NCBI GenBank assembly: GCA_032718475.1
Contig: JAUCBJ010008915.1
Coordinates: forward strand, 1 to 64,000
Origin: Nemertoderma westbladi
Taxonomy: Eukaryota > Animalia > Xenacoelomorpha
Direction of reading: 5' to 3'
DNA length: 64,000 nucleotides
Each line of letters starts with the position of its first letter. The stretch's first letter is position 1. A program made the position numbers and the translations under genes. Under the pieces are notes generated by a model. The model ran no database searches and was not told the origin of the DNA. It was given only the letters and a program-made list of their open reading frames with translations. This document shows positions 11,958 to 22,873 of the stretch, one piece after another.

Positions 11958-12536
11958 TTCTATCTAAATCGTTCAATTATTTATTAATGAATTGAGCAAC
12001 AAAATCGTACCGATTTAAGAATAAAATTGCATATTATCTGGAAAAAAACTTAGATCCTTTATTAACCTCGCTGAAGCTCGGTAAAATGTCTCGAGAATAG
12101 TGAAAAAATTTCTACTTTTTTCTCTTGCAATTATTTTTCCTTTAGCTACATAGATTCCAGACCTGGTATACTGTATATAATATTCTAGAAGTCCATGCCT
12201 TAATTAATATATCGTGAAGTTTTTGATATATTTCAAAATTTGATGCGACTTCTAGTTTCCGAGATATAGCAATTAATGTGTAACACGCCAGTGTAAATAT
12301 TACTAATTTCCCATTGAATCAAAGCTTATTGTGAAATTAATTAAATTATTCTGTAACATCACCAATTTGCTACTTACTTTTCCCTACTGTTCCATTTGTT
12401 AGGCTTGTGTTTTGCAAATTTACGCCGAATTTCCATGAATAAACAAATGAACCGCAAAATAAAATTTTATAGACTATTTTTGGTGATTAATAAGGTAATA
12501 TAGAACCCAAAATATGTGGTTCGCATTGATTGTGAA

Positions 12537-13482
12537 GGTACTAGTGTGTTTTGTGCACACCCCCCCCCCCCCCCTCAAATTTTTTATACTAGCTATTTTT
12601 TGTTACTTTTTTTAAAAAAAAATGTTCTACAACATATAATCCATTCATTTAATATAAACATTTTGTTCTAAAACAAATATTTTTTGTTCTAGAACAAATA
12701 TTTTTTGTTCTAGAACAAATATTTTTTGTTCTAGAACAAAAAATAGAAAAAACAAGCTAATTTGTTTATCTTTTTCATTTTTATTGTATGTTATCTTTGT
12801 ATAAATTTTTTTCAACTAGCTAGTTGTTTCCTTTTTAAAAATAATGTTCTACCGGTAGAGCATATTATCTATTCATTTAATATAAAAATGTTCTTCTAGA
12901 ACAAATATTGTTTGTTAAATGAATCAATAACCGATAATGATAATGAATTATTAAGTTGAATGAAATATTAAACAAATATTATTTGTTCTAGAACAAAAAA
13001 AACACAAAAAAAACTAGCTAATTTGTAAATTTTGTTCATTTTTTATTCTATGTTATCTTTGTATTATATATTTAATAAAAATCACTAGCTACAATGAAAA
13101 TTTGTAGTTGTTAGTAATTGTTTTTAACACTTACTAATCAAATAAATAACACCACAAAATAACATTTTTTTTAATGTTCTAGAAAAAAAATATTTGTTCT
13201 AGAATACTACTTTTTACAAAAATAAATAGACGAAATGTTCTAGAACATTTAAAAAAAAATTAAATAAAAACTAGCTTTAATAACAACTAAAAAAATAATA
13301 ACTAAAAAATACCTAATTACTTAATTTTGTTCTAGAAAAATAATTATTTGTTCTTGAACAAAATTAATAAAAAAAAATAATAGACAAAATGTTCTAGAAC
13401 AATTTTTTTTTTAAAGTAACAAATACTACTGTAGCTAGTATAAACAATTTGAGGGGGGGTATGCACAAAACACACAAGTACC
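12537..13482. mobile_element. Mutator-like MITE with GTTCTAGAAC internal repeats
   Basis: TIRs GGTACTAGTGTGTTTTGTGCA.../...TGCACAAAACACACAAGTACC with 9-bp flanks GATTGTGAA/GATTGCGAA. It interrupts a copy of the MITE family seen at 44926-45573. Confidence 0.85.
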
Positions 13483-13663
13483 GATTGCGAAATACTTATG
13501 GGTTTTTTGCTAGATTGATTCGACTATTAAAATGACTGCAATCGGAAGAAAATAACTGTGATGCATATGGGGGGGGGGGGGGGGGGGGGGGGTGCTGTAT
13601 CAAAAATGAAATATTACAGTAATTACTATAAAATATTATGTTACTTGTTATATTATCTTCTAA

Positions 13664-15154
13664 TTAACCGACAGTGACCATCCCCATAGGATCTACGAAC
13701 TGATTGAAACGGAAATCAACTCCGCTAGCTTTTATCTTATCATTCCATTGACGGTTCAGGATACTCAATTCAACCCCATTATCCGCACCCTCGAAGGCGA
13801 TGTGACACTTCTTTAATTCTGGAATAATTTCTTGCTGGAACTTCAGCTCACAGATATCAGTTACAACTTCCGTTTTGAGAGACATGTCCGTAATTGTGAT
13901 GCTCTCCAGCTTCTTACACTCTCTTACCATCGAAACGAAGTCAACACGTATTTCTTCATCCTGCCCGCACTCCATTACCAACTCTTTCAGACATTGGTCC
14001 ATGTGATCACCTAGATAGCGGAATAGTATAGATAAGCCGTCGACTGTTTCCATCCAAGCTGCAAATAATTCGAACTTAGTCAGAGGAGGTCGTCCTTTTA
14101 TCAAGCGAATCAGCGAATGGAGTTCAACTGTCTCGAAGTCGAACAGCATATGAACCGAAAGCTCGGGGTTCGCTTTTCTCCACGGGCTGTTGTTATTATC
14201 AGCAACAGGTAGAACATTATCAGATCCAGTCAAGCAGAGGCGGAGTACCAATAATATTAGATGGGGACTGTTAGTCAGAATTCTTTCTAATATATCTGGA
14301 TTCAAGTAGTTATAATGGATATCCAGGTTCGTCAACGCCTTCAATGAAGTGAGCGGTCCCATAGCAGATGATATAGGCCTCGCAGTAGATGCGGCAGATG
14401 GATGAATTAATTCATCGATTTTGATCTTCCTAAGAGATCCGCGGTTGTGTCTCACCAAACTTTCTATTAATCGAACACCGTCAATTAAAGGCTTTACTTG
14501 CAAATTTATTAGTGTCACGTCTTCTAACTCTTTCTGTGACCGGAAGAATTCATTTAAATGCTGATAGAACAGCGATATTGTTGTGTCATAGATACCGAGG
14601 GAAGCCATCCCTTGAAAGCCCCCTAATAGACCGAATAGACTGAATTGTTTTAGCTGGGATACCTTAAGATGATCCACTGATTGGCTGAGGTGCCATAACA
14701 TCTGTTGTCTATTGCTTAGCCTCCCATTGCAACGGATTTCAACTTTTTCCATATGAACTCCGTATTGTCTAAATACTTCAATCTCTTTCTTATCGTGATG
14801 CCGTTCTCCACTGATGGTAATATCTCTCGTTCTCCAAAGCCCCGCATCTTTCTGGGCCTCATTCCATTTGAGACAAGTTCCGCCGGCTGACAACCGATCG
14901 CATTCTGGTAAATGGCTGAACAATTTAAAAATAAGTTCGTGTGGGAGCGCTGCCCAATCACGGCATTGGGTTGATGTTGACCCTTCGTTATCTGGTAGTT
15001 CTTTGGAGATCTCAATGACTTCATCTTCGCTATCACCACCGGGGATATAACGTTTATGTCCTAAGTCGTTGTCGCTCTCACTATCTGATCCACACGGGAG
15101 ATGTCGCTTCAGTGAAGACTGTTTTCTGGAAGGGCCACGTTGATCTCCCATCAT
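13664..15154 (-). CDS. F-box / leucine-rich-repeat protein (FBXL-like), intronless
   Basis: 496-aa ORF with F-box motif WAALPHELIFKLFSHLPECDRLSAGGTCLKWNEAQKDAGLW followed by LRR-like segments. Confidence 0.85.
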   Translation of the reverse strand: MMGDQRGPSRKQSSLKRHLPCGSDSESDNDLGHKRYIPGGDSEDEVIEISKELPDNEGSTSTQCRDWAALPHELIFKLFSHLPECDRLSAGGTCLKWNEAQKDAGLWRTRDITISGERHHDKKEIEVFRQYGVHMEKVEIRCNGRLSNRQQMLWHLSQSVDHLKVSQLKQFSLFGLLGGFQGMASLGIYDTTISLFYQHLNEFFRSQKELEDVTLINLQVKPLIDGVRLIESLVRHNRGSLRKIKIDELIHPSAASTARPISSAMGPLTSLKALTNLDIHYNYLNPDILERILTNSPHLILLVLRLCLTGSDNVLPVADNNNSPWRKANPELSVHMLFDFETVELHSLIRLIKGRPPLTKFELFAAWMETVDGLSILFRYLGDHMDQCLKELVMECGQDEEIRVDFVSMVRECKKLESITITDMSLKTEVVTDICELKFQQEIIPELKKCHIAFEGADNGVELSILNRQWNDKIKASGVDFRFNQFVDPMGMVTVG

Positions 15155-16737
15155 GAGAATAACTTCCGGTACTTAAATATGTTTAAATAAACTACTGGGA
15201 TGATAAGTTATGCTACTGTAGAAAGAGGTAATTGTTTTTAAGTGAGATTCAGTTTTAATTGTTACTTTTAAATAATTGTTTATTAATTAGCTTCTAATTA
15301 CATGATACTAGTATATTATTTGTGAGCTAGTAATGATGTACGGACAAATTAGTTTCTGGAATAGACACTTGCGCAATTACATTGGAAACACAGTTCTATA
15401 GCAATAAATAACTGGTATTTATGTATATATCTACTGTAGGTATATATTTAGTAAGGCATGTAGAACGTCTGATTTCTACAGGGCTATCATTATTATTTTC
15501 CGCTACAGTATGCAGTTTAGTAAAATCGGAACATTTGAATTCTTGCAGTCTAAGTTTCTAACTTTCTCCATAGCAGTACAGGCAAACGGTAGGCCTGGGA
15601 ATAACACTGTTGATGAATGTGTTGTATGTCCTCAATACACGTCATTATGCTATGTACAGCACCTCCCAGGCCCAGCAATCCTACAGATCACCTACACATA
15701 CATTATTTTTCCAACGATATTGAACTTGACCCTCGATTTATATTCTCACATTTAGTCTGTTAAGTCAATATAATTGTTTGGTGATACGGTAGTATTTCTA
15801 ATTTATTGGTCATTGTCTTAATTTAGTGGTGCAGTTTTGTTAGAGTGGAGGTGGGGTTCGTGGCACACTGCTGATGAGGAGAACCACGAATCCCAGGGTT
15901 CAGTGTTTAAATCTCCGAAACCCTTTTATTTTTATAAAATTTATTACTTAGACTTACCTTTTCGGCGAACAAAATGTCCTATATTTTTCGTAATTTATGG
16001 GATAGCCTATTTCGTGCAAAACAGTACTTACCGGAACCTGTAGTTACTGTATGGTTTGGTGTAATTTTTCTTGTGGTAGTTGGTTGGGTTATGTAGCACA
16101 AAATCGATTTGGTATTTTGTTTTTTAATGGGCCTTAGTGCCTGAGTACTAACAGTGACCCAAGTGGCCCTTAATGCTAGGTAGTATCTGAGGGAATAAGA
16201 CCCCATGTCCTATTTTATTGTTTTCATATCAATATAAAGGGGATCGACCAAGCAGCAATTCGCAATCCCTGCAAAATAAATTAGTTGAATTATACATCGT
16301 CGTGAGAAATTCTCAAAATGTCTATTAAAATATTGTCTTCTTAAATTGTTACTTTTTTGCTCGAATATCCGAAATCGGGAGAAAAAATTCCTTTTTACAT
16401 ATGGTAAAACAGGTAACCCAAAGGTTTGCATTGATAATACTGTTTTCCAAATAAAACTAGAAGGGGTTACAGTTACGTGTCTGGATAACTCAATGTTGAA
16501 AATACCCCCTTGGTCTATGCAGGGGACACGATGGGGCCGTTGGAAGGGGCAAGGGGTGCCCCCTACGTTGCTCAGTAACGCCCCCTTCCAGGGAGGGACT
16601 GTTGCTATAGACTGAAGGCGGTCTCCAGGAACGCATTCCATCCCGCCGACTCCAAGTTCGTCTACCATCTAGAGGTCGCCGGTCCTATTCTTCCTTCCAA
16701 CCTCCATAACATCGTCCACTTAATAACCAACAGCGGT

Positions 16738-17986
16738 TGTAAAAGCCTTTGCTGAATTGCCCCGTTATTTTTATTATCTTTTACATTAAAATACTCTGTA
16801 GTTGATTTAATAAGTGTAAGAGACCGTATTATTGCTGTATCGGTGTTTTTAGAGGATCTAAGACCTATTTCCTCCGTATGTGTACTGTGAAAGGCATATT
16901 TTATGATTCTATGGCAATTCGTGACGCAAAGGGGTGATAGCTACTCTTGAACAGTAGTTACTATGACTACGGTTAACAGCTGACATTCATACGTGTTGAT
17001 TTCCTTTGTTCTACGGCGTCTCTCAGTTCAGTCAGCCAATTAGAGCGTTTTTGTGGCTCCTTGTACAGAAAATTTCCGAGAAATGACGCAATGCCTATGT
17101 GCAGTGTTTACATTCAGTCCTGAGCCAAAGAAAGAACGGCTTGGAAGTATTTTTGTGCTTTACTGTTTTTTAGTCTTACACTAGTAGGTTTAATTATAAA
17201 GGGCATATATCCTTTAACCTAACGACTACCTGACTCATGGAATCACTGCTGACTGGTCATACATGCTGACTGCTGAAACATTGCAAACTCATAACAATCA
17301 GTGTTTTCATTGTTGTTTTATACTGCTATTTACCGTCGGTTCTTCATAATATGGTTGATGAATAATTATATTTGGAATAACGATAAATGACCCCGAAACC
17401 CAATATTCTTGATATACCGAAGGTAAGAGAGAAGGGTTACAGATAAACGATTGTGACTTATGTTGAAGTGGTTTGAAGTGAATCTAATGTTATTTGATAG
17501 ACCCTACATGAGTCAGTCTGTGTTCCTTTTATATGTGACTAAAATCAGTGAATATTGGCAGATTAGTGTGCAGTATTGTGCAGCATTGTGTATGAGTGAG
17601 TCTGTTAAAGAAGCAATTCCTAAAGAATGCGCCATATATGTGAATTATAATTAAGCCATATCGTTGTGAGTAGTTTAAGTCATAACTCTGTTTATATAGA
17701 TAAAGCGCCACGTCGTAAAGGAACTGTTAATATTCCCGAAGGTAAATAATATTGTCAGAGATTATATAATACTGTCAGTCGAATAATACATTAGGCTTAC
17801 ATAGCAACAAAATTAAACCGTCGAACCCAATCTCCCGGGAATATCCAGCGGGTGAATGGTCGCGCACGGATTGGTTTCGACTAGTGTAGTGAATCAAATA
17901 CTTGTCATAGACTAAAAAGCGATTTATTATCTAGAAGACATTCTAATTTGGCGGGTTAAACTGCCAAAGGTCTGAAAGCGCGAACA
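16738..17986 (+). repeat. 5' LTR
   Basis: Direct repeat of 24238-25486. CCAAT near 17036 and Inr-like TCAGT near 17117. Confidence 0.95.
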
Positions 17987-17998
17987 TTAAAGGATATA
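17987..17998 (+). promoter_or_regulatory. Primer-binding-site position, complementary to the element's own LTR (candidate self-priming site)
   Basis: TTAAAGGATATA is the exact reverse complement of TATATCCTTTAA at 17206-17217. No TGG (tRNA CCA complement) follows the LTR. Confidence 0.6.
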
Positions 17999-18284
17999 GC
18001 TTCTTTGTTGCAGTAAGCAATAAAGTTGAAAGTACCGGTCAACCGGTAAACCTGAACCGGTACATTCTGTAGGTCAGTAGGCCTAGCTGTCCTTCCTAAC
18101 CGGTGCTTCCGTATAAGTACACTAGTATTATTCGATTTGATTGTTGTATACCGGTAGGCTGTTTGAGGGATTAGGGATTGATCACCCCTTATTCCTTTAT
18201 ATGGTTTACTTATTTCTGTCAAGTTTTATTTATTTGTAGGCCAGTATTGAACAGAAGGCGTGTAAGCCTGATCAGATTGTACAG

Positions 18285-18840
18285 ACAATTTGTAGGCTGA
18301 GCTGTTGTCTGATTGCTGTTAAGTCTGAACGGATTACAGTGTGTGTAGAGCACTTGTCCGATTAAGTACGATTAGGCAGTAGGGGCAGCGAACGCTGTAA
18401 GGTAATCCCCCAACTAAAGAATAAGTCGCACTACTGGGTTAGAGCGCATACTCCCTAATCATTTCGGAGTCTGCATGTCCTGTGGTTTATTTAGGCTTGA
18501 GAGTGGTCTGCCATCGTTTAGTCTGTACTTTGTTTGTGTAAGTCTGTACGGGTAGCGTATAATTTTATTTAGATAATTTGTAGGCTGGATAGTTGTCTGG
18601 CTGTTATTAGGTCTGAACGGATTGCCGCGTGTGTAGATCATCTGTCCGATTAAGTACGATTAGGCAGTAGGGGCAGCGAACGCTGTAAGGTAATCCCCCA
18701 ACTAAAGAATAAGTCGCACTACTGGGTTAGAGCGCATACTCCCTAATCATTTCGGAGTCTGCATATACCGTAGTTTGTTTAGGCTTGATAGTAGTCTGTC
18801 AGTGTTCGGTCTGTATTTTGTTTGAGTAGTTTGTACGCGT
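18285..18840 (+). repeat. Tandem duplication (288-bp period) in the element leader with an identical 122-bp structured core
   Basis: 18355-18476 equals 18643-18764; flanks are diverged. Confidence 0.9.
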
Positions 18841-19789
18841 AGCGTAATATTTATTATTCAGAGTTTATGCGATTATCCGCAACATTCATTCCCCAAGTTT
18901 GTTCCTACAGTAATTGTGTTTGTTATACATACCGCTATAGTTAAATTAACCCCGGTACTACACGGGCTGCTCGGCGTAGGTAAAGACTGGTGATTTTGTG
19001 CATCGGTCACTCCAGCAGATGCCGTGGTTCTTTTAGCTGTTCAAGTATATTTAATTACTGATTATCTGTTGTACAAGTACTCGTACCTAATTTAGGGTTT
19101 AGTGTACAGTGCTTTCCGAAAATAATTAGTGTAGGCATTATATTTGTGTTGTAAAGTGGTTGATAGGCACATTCGATTAGCTCTATTAACTTCTAGGTAG
19201 GAACACTCCGTGATACATAACGTAGAACCTATAGCGATACGGCTATAGGTCGTCAGGCGGTGGTATTTTCCTATCTAGACAACGCAGTGTATTTACTACT
19301 ACTTATTATTTCCAATACCGTAGTACCCTGTCCGCTGTAATAATCAGTTTTCTAACCCTTTGTTAGGCTGGTTTGTAGACTTCTTGTAAAATTACCCTAA
19401 AAATTCGTATTTGTGTTTTTGTAAAATTTTTTGTGTTTATTTAGAGATTGTAATCTCACCCGAATTGTACGTAATTTGTAGTATTAAGTAACTTAGGTAA
19501 ATTAGTATTATTTGTTTTAGTGTCCTATACGTAACACTTCACTGAAAGCGTACCGCTTTGTGTAGTGATTACTCCCCAGAAATAATAACATTTATTTCAA
19601 ATATTGACAAAGCCCATTAAAACGGGTATATATATATTATAAATCAAATCTAACGATTTATAAATAGTAGGCCTACCATAAAACCATTAGGTCTCAATAT
19701 CAGTTGGACTACTGTTCAAATAACGGTAATAAAGTAAGTAAAGTAACAAGTAACCCTTGAAATTCAGAAATTCAGTTATTTAAAATAAT

Positions 19790-20210
19790 TGATATACCGG
19801 TATTTACAGTAGGCTTATTATATTTATTTCTATAAATTTTAGGTTGAAATCATACCGGTATTCTGTAATTAATTCTAGTTTGTAATTATACTTATATATA
19901 TACACTATAAGTGTAAACTGCATACCGGTATTTACGATAGGCCTATTATCTTTATTTCTATAAATTTAGGCTGAAATTATACCGGTACTTGTAATTAATT
20001 CTAGTCCAGAATTATATATGCTACAAACTGTGAGCTGTATACCGGTATTCCGATAGGCCTGTTATATATTTATATATATTTGTGCTAAAATTATACCGGT
20101 ATTCTGAGATAAACCTAGTCTGTAATAATACTTATATATACTATAAGCATACCGGTATTCTAATATATTATATATATATCACGCTACACTGAGTAGCAGT
20201 ACCGGTAATT
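19790..20210. repeat. AT-rich tandem repeat, about 120-bp units each with two TACCGGTA palindromes
   Basis: ATACCGGTA recurs about every 60 bp with alternating spacers. Confidence 0.75.
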
Positions 20211-20295
20211 AATTACTAGGCTAGCAGTTAATACTGAGTTACTAGACTTGCTCAGACTGTAATACAGCAGTAGACATTCAACTGTACACATAAGC

Positions 20296-21084
20296 ATGTC
20301 TGACGCAAAGCAGAACCTGTCAGACAGTCTACTAGATACAACCGAGAGTGAAGAGACATTAGAGAAACGACCTGCTCAACCGCAGCCACTACAGACCTAT
20401 GCGGTAAGAACTAGAGTAGGTTGGTACCTTACTGGACCTTCCCGTAGAACGCTCAGGGAAAGACTGCTTCAAGATCGCGTCTGCCAGGTGAGTGAATGGG
20501 AAGATGATACTAGTGAGGGAGACGACCCAACTGAGGGAACACCACACTCCTCAGATAATGACAATCTTAGCTCCAATGTAGATCAATGGAGATATTGCCC
20601 CAAGAAGTTTAATCCAACGGACATCGCTTCCAGAGGAGCAACTCCTCAAGAACTGACAGATACTATAGACCGGTTAGGTGAACCCGACTTCCTGAGTAAG
20701 GAGAATGAATGGCCTCCCCATCTTACTCCGACTGAGATTAGACCAGCCAAGGGAGCGGAGAAAGTCGAACCTGAAACCCGGACGGGTGGATCGGAGTTAT
20801 TTGAACCCGGGATAGATCTGTCGGTATTACATGTTGCCAGGGACGACGCCGTGGATCTGGGCCTCCCCTCCGCGAGTGGATCCTTCATGAAGATCAGAGA
20901 GAGCGATTGGAGCTCTGGAACATCAGACGTCTCGCAGGGACTCTCACCTCTCCTGCAGAGAGCGACGGACCACTATAGCTCCTGGAATCGGCTTTGTGAC
21001 GCCGTCATATACTTTGAGCGATGTTTCTATCGTCACTATTCCAGGACGAAGAGGAAACCTGGAATTGTATTCAGGATGCAGTGA
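20296..21084 (+). CDS. Internally deleted BEL/Pao pol remnant (262-aa open frame)
   Basis: YAVRTRVGWYLTGP (pre-RT motif), QWRYCPKKFNPTDIASRG...EPDFLSKENEWP (RNase H C-terminus) and YSSWNRL (post-RNase H motif). Confidence 0.8.
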   Translation: MSDAKQNLSDSLLDTTESEETLEKRPAQPQPLQTYAVRTRVGWYLTGPSRRTLRERLLQDRVCQVSEWEDDTSEGDDPTEGTPHSSDNDNLSSNVDQWRYCPKKFNPTDIASRGATPQELTDTIDRLGEPDFLSKENEWPPHLTPTEIRPAKGAEKVEPETRTGGSELFEPGIDLSVLHVARDDAVDLGLPSASGSFMKIRESDWSSGTSDVSQGLSPLLQRATDHYSSWNRLCDAVIYFERCFYRHYSRTKRKPGIVFRMQ

Positions 21085-21744
21085 CTCAATCACCCAGTCG
21101 GTCGTTTGTGTTTATCGGAAGGGAATGGAGGACTCTCCGGAAACTGTGGAAGGCAAGATTCTCTTCCCACGACCACCTCCCTAATCCTTCCAACATCTAG
21201 GGACTCCATAACGTAACAACATATGGAGTGGGTGTGTGACTCTATTATTTTATATTATTTTATTATTTTTATATTTATGTATGTATTACTATGTAATTCT
21301 ATTATAATCGTTTTCTTTAATTTTATTCAGTAGAATGTTATTTTAGCGATTATTTAGTAGATTAGTGCAATATATATTCGCGTTTATTACTTAATTACGT
21401 ATATATTATATTTAATGCGACGGCAAGAAATAATTCTTTTCCTTCTTCCTTACTGTCCGTATTACATTACAAATACGTAACTACAGTAAGATGAAATGTC
21501 CGTACTTATTAAAGTACAATAAAGCCACTACTATATTCAAGTATTATTGGTAGGCAGAGTATTAGGAATGCAAAGTTCAGATCCTCGTGTCTCGGCTAAA
21601 CCAAGCTCTGGGTAGACCTTGGAAACGACTTGCCTCTTCACACTGACATTGCTTCGTGCGATATTGCTCTCATACCGTATATTAAATAATACATATAGTA
21701 GCGTGATGTCCCTTTAACAGTAGCGTATAACGCAAAATAAATCT

Positions 21745-22045
21745 GTTAAACCCTTTGACCATCTGTAATTCTAGTCGATTAAGATATCGTGGCACCCACC
21801 GATATACTTGAAAGACAAATTATAGAATCAGTGGTTAACGTCACCAGACAAGTTCTGGAATAAATCGGTGCCCATCTCAAATATTAATTATTTAATATTT
21901 GCAAATCTAATACGTCAAAATCTGTAAAATTCAGATCCTTCAACAATTCTAGTCAATTAAGATATCGTAGCATTTACCGATATTCTTAAAAAAGACAATT
22001 GTCATAGAATTAAGGATCTTGTGTCCCTAGACATGTTCTAGAATC
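21745..22045. repeat. Diverged tandem duplication (about 178-bp period) inside the LTR element
   Basis: AATTCTAGTC.ATTAAGATATCGT.GCA...ACCGATAT.CTT at about 21767 and 21945. Confidence 0.7.
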
Positions 22046-22873
22046 AAAATATGTCCATTTAATTATCAAATAATAAAATTTCAGGGAATAAATTTAAATT
22101 CATGCCTTTTAATGAATTTAATAAATTGCCATTTTTACGCAATTTATAAAGTTCCCAAAATTCCATTAATTAATAGATCAAGGGAGCGGAGATTTGTCTT
22201 ATTATGCATATGAGTGTGCGAAAGTCTCCCAAACATAGTCAATAGCCGATAAAATTCATAAAGTCATGTATAAAACAGAACATTGACTATTAAAGAATAC
22301 TATTAAATAACATCCCAGATCTGTATGCATTGGAATCACCCTAATTCTACCGCTAGCTTTGCATAATGTCACCATAGCAACAACCACGCTAGAATTAGAA
22401 TTGAGTTAAAAGAACAATAGAAAGCTTGTCCCATTGAATAGCATAGGGAATAAATAGCGCACTACTAGTATCCAAGGATACATAATAATACAGTGACATT
22501 CTGGAAGGCATTGACTAACGGACAAATGGCCCGAATGTGTGTAATTTGTGACAAGTTGTGTGTGTGGTATTTGTGAGTTTATAGGTGAATGTTACTGCTA
22601 AGGTGTGTTTACAGTAGCTAGTCGCAATCGTAAAGTAACCTAACTCTCCAAGGAAAACCTGAAGTACATCTAAGCCTTTGGGACGGACAGTCGAGTGACT
22701 TGTGCCGGTTGTCGTTGTCGTTGTGCGGCTACGTCGTTGGCGAAAGTACAGCGGCGACGACACATCGGCGCTGAGGATCTCGTACTGTCCGGGGGTTAAT
22801 TGGAGTAGGCAGCGACGTTCGCTAGCCTAAATATAAACTCCTTATAATATGGATAAACTCATATATAGCAGAC

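Noticed and set aside
17460-17711. Small ORFs duplicated at 24960-25211
   Set aside because: They lie within the LTRs and recur only because the LTR is duplicated. The frame is not kept in the subfamily-1 LTR.
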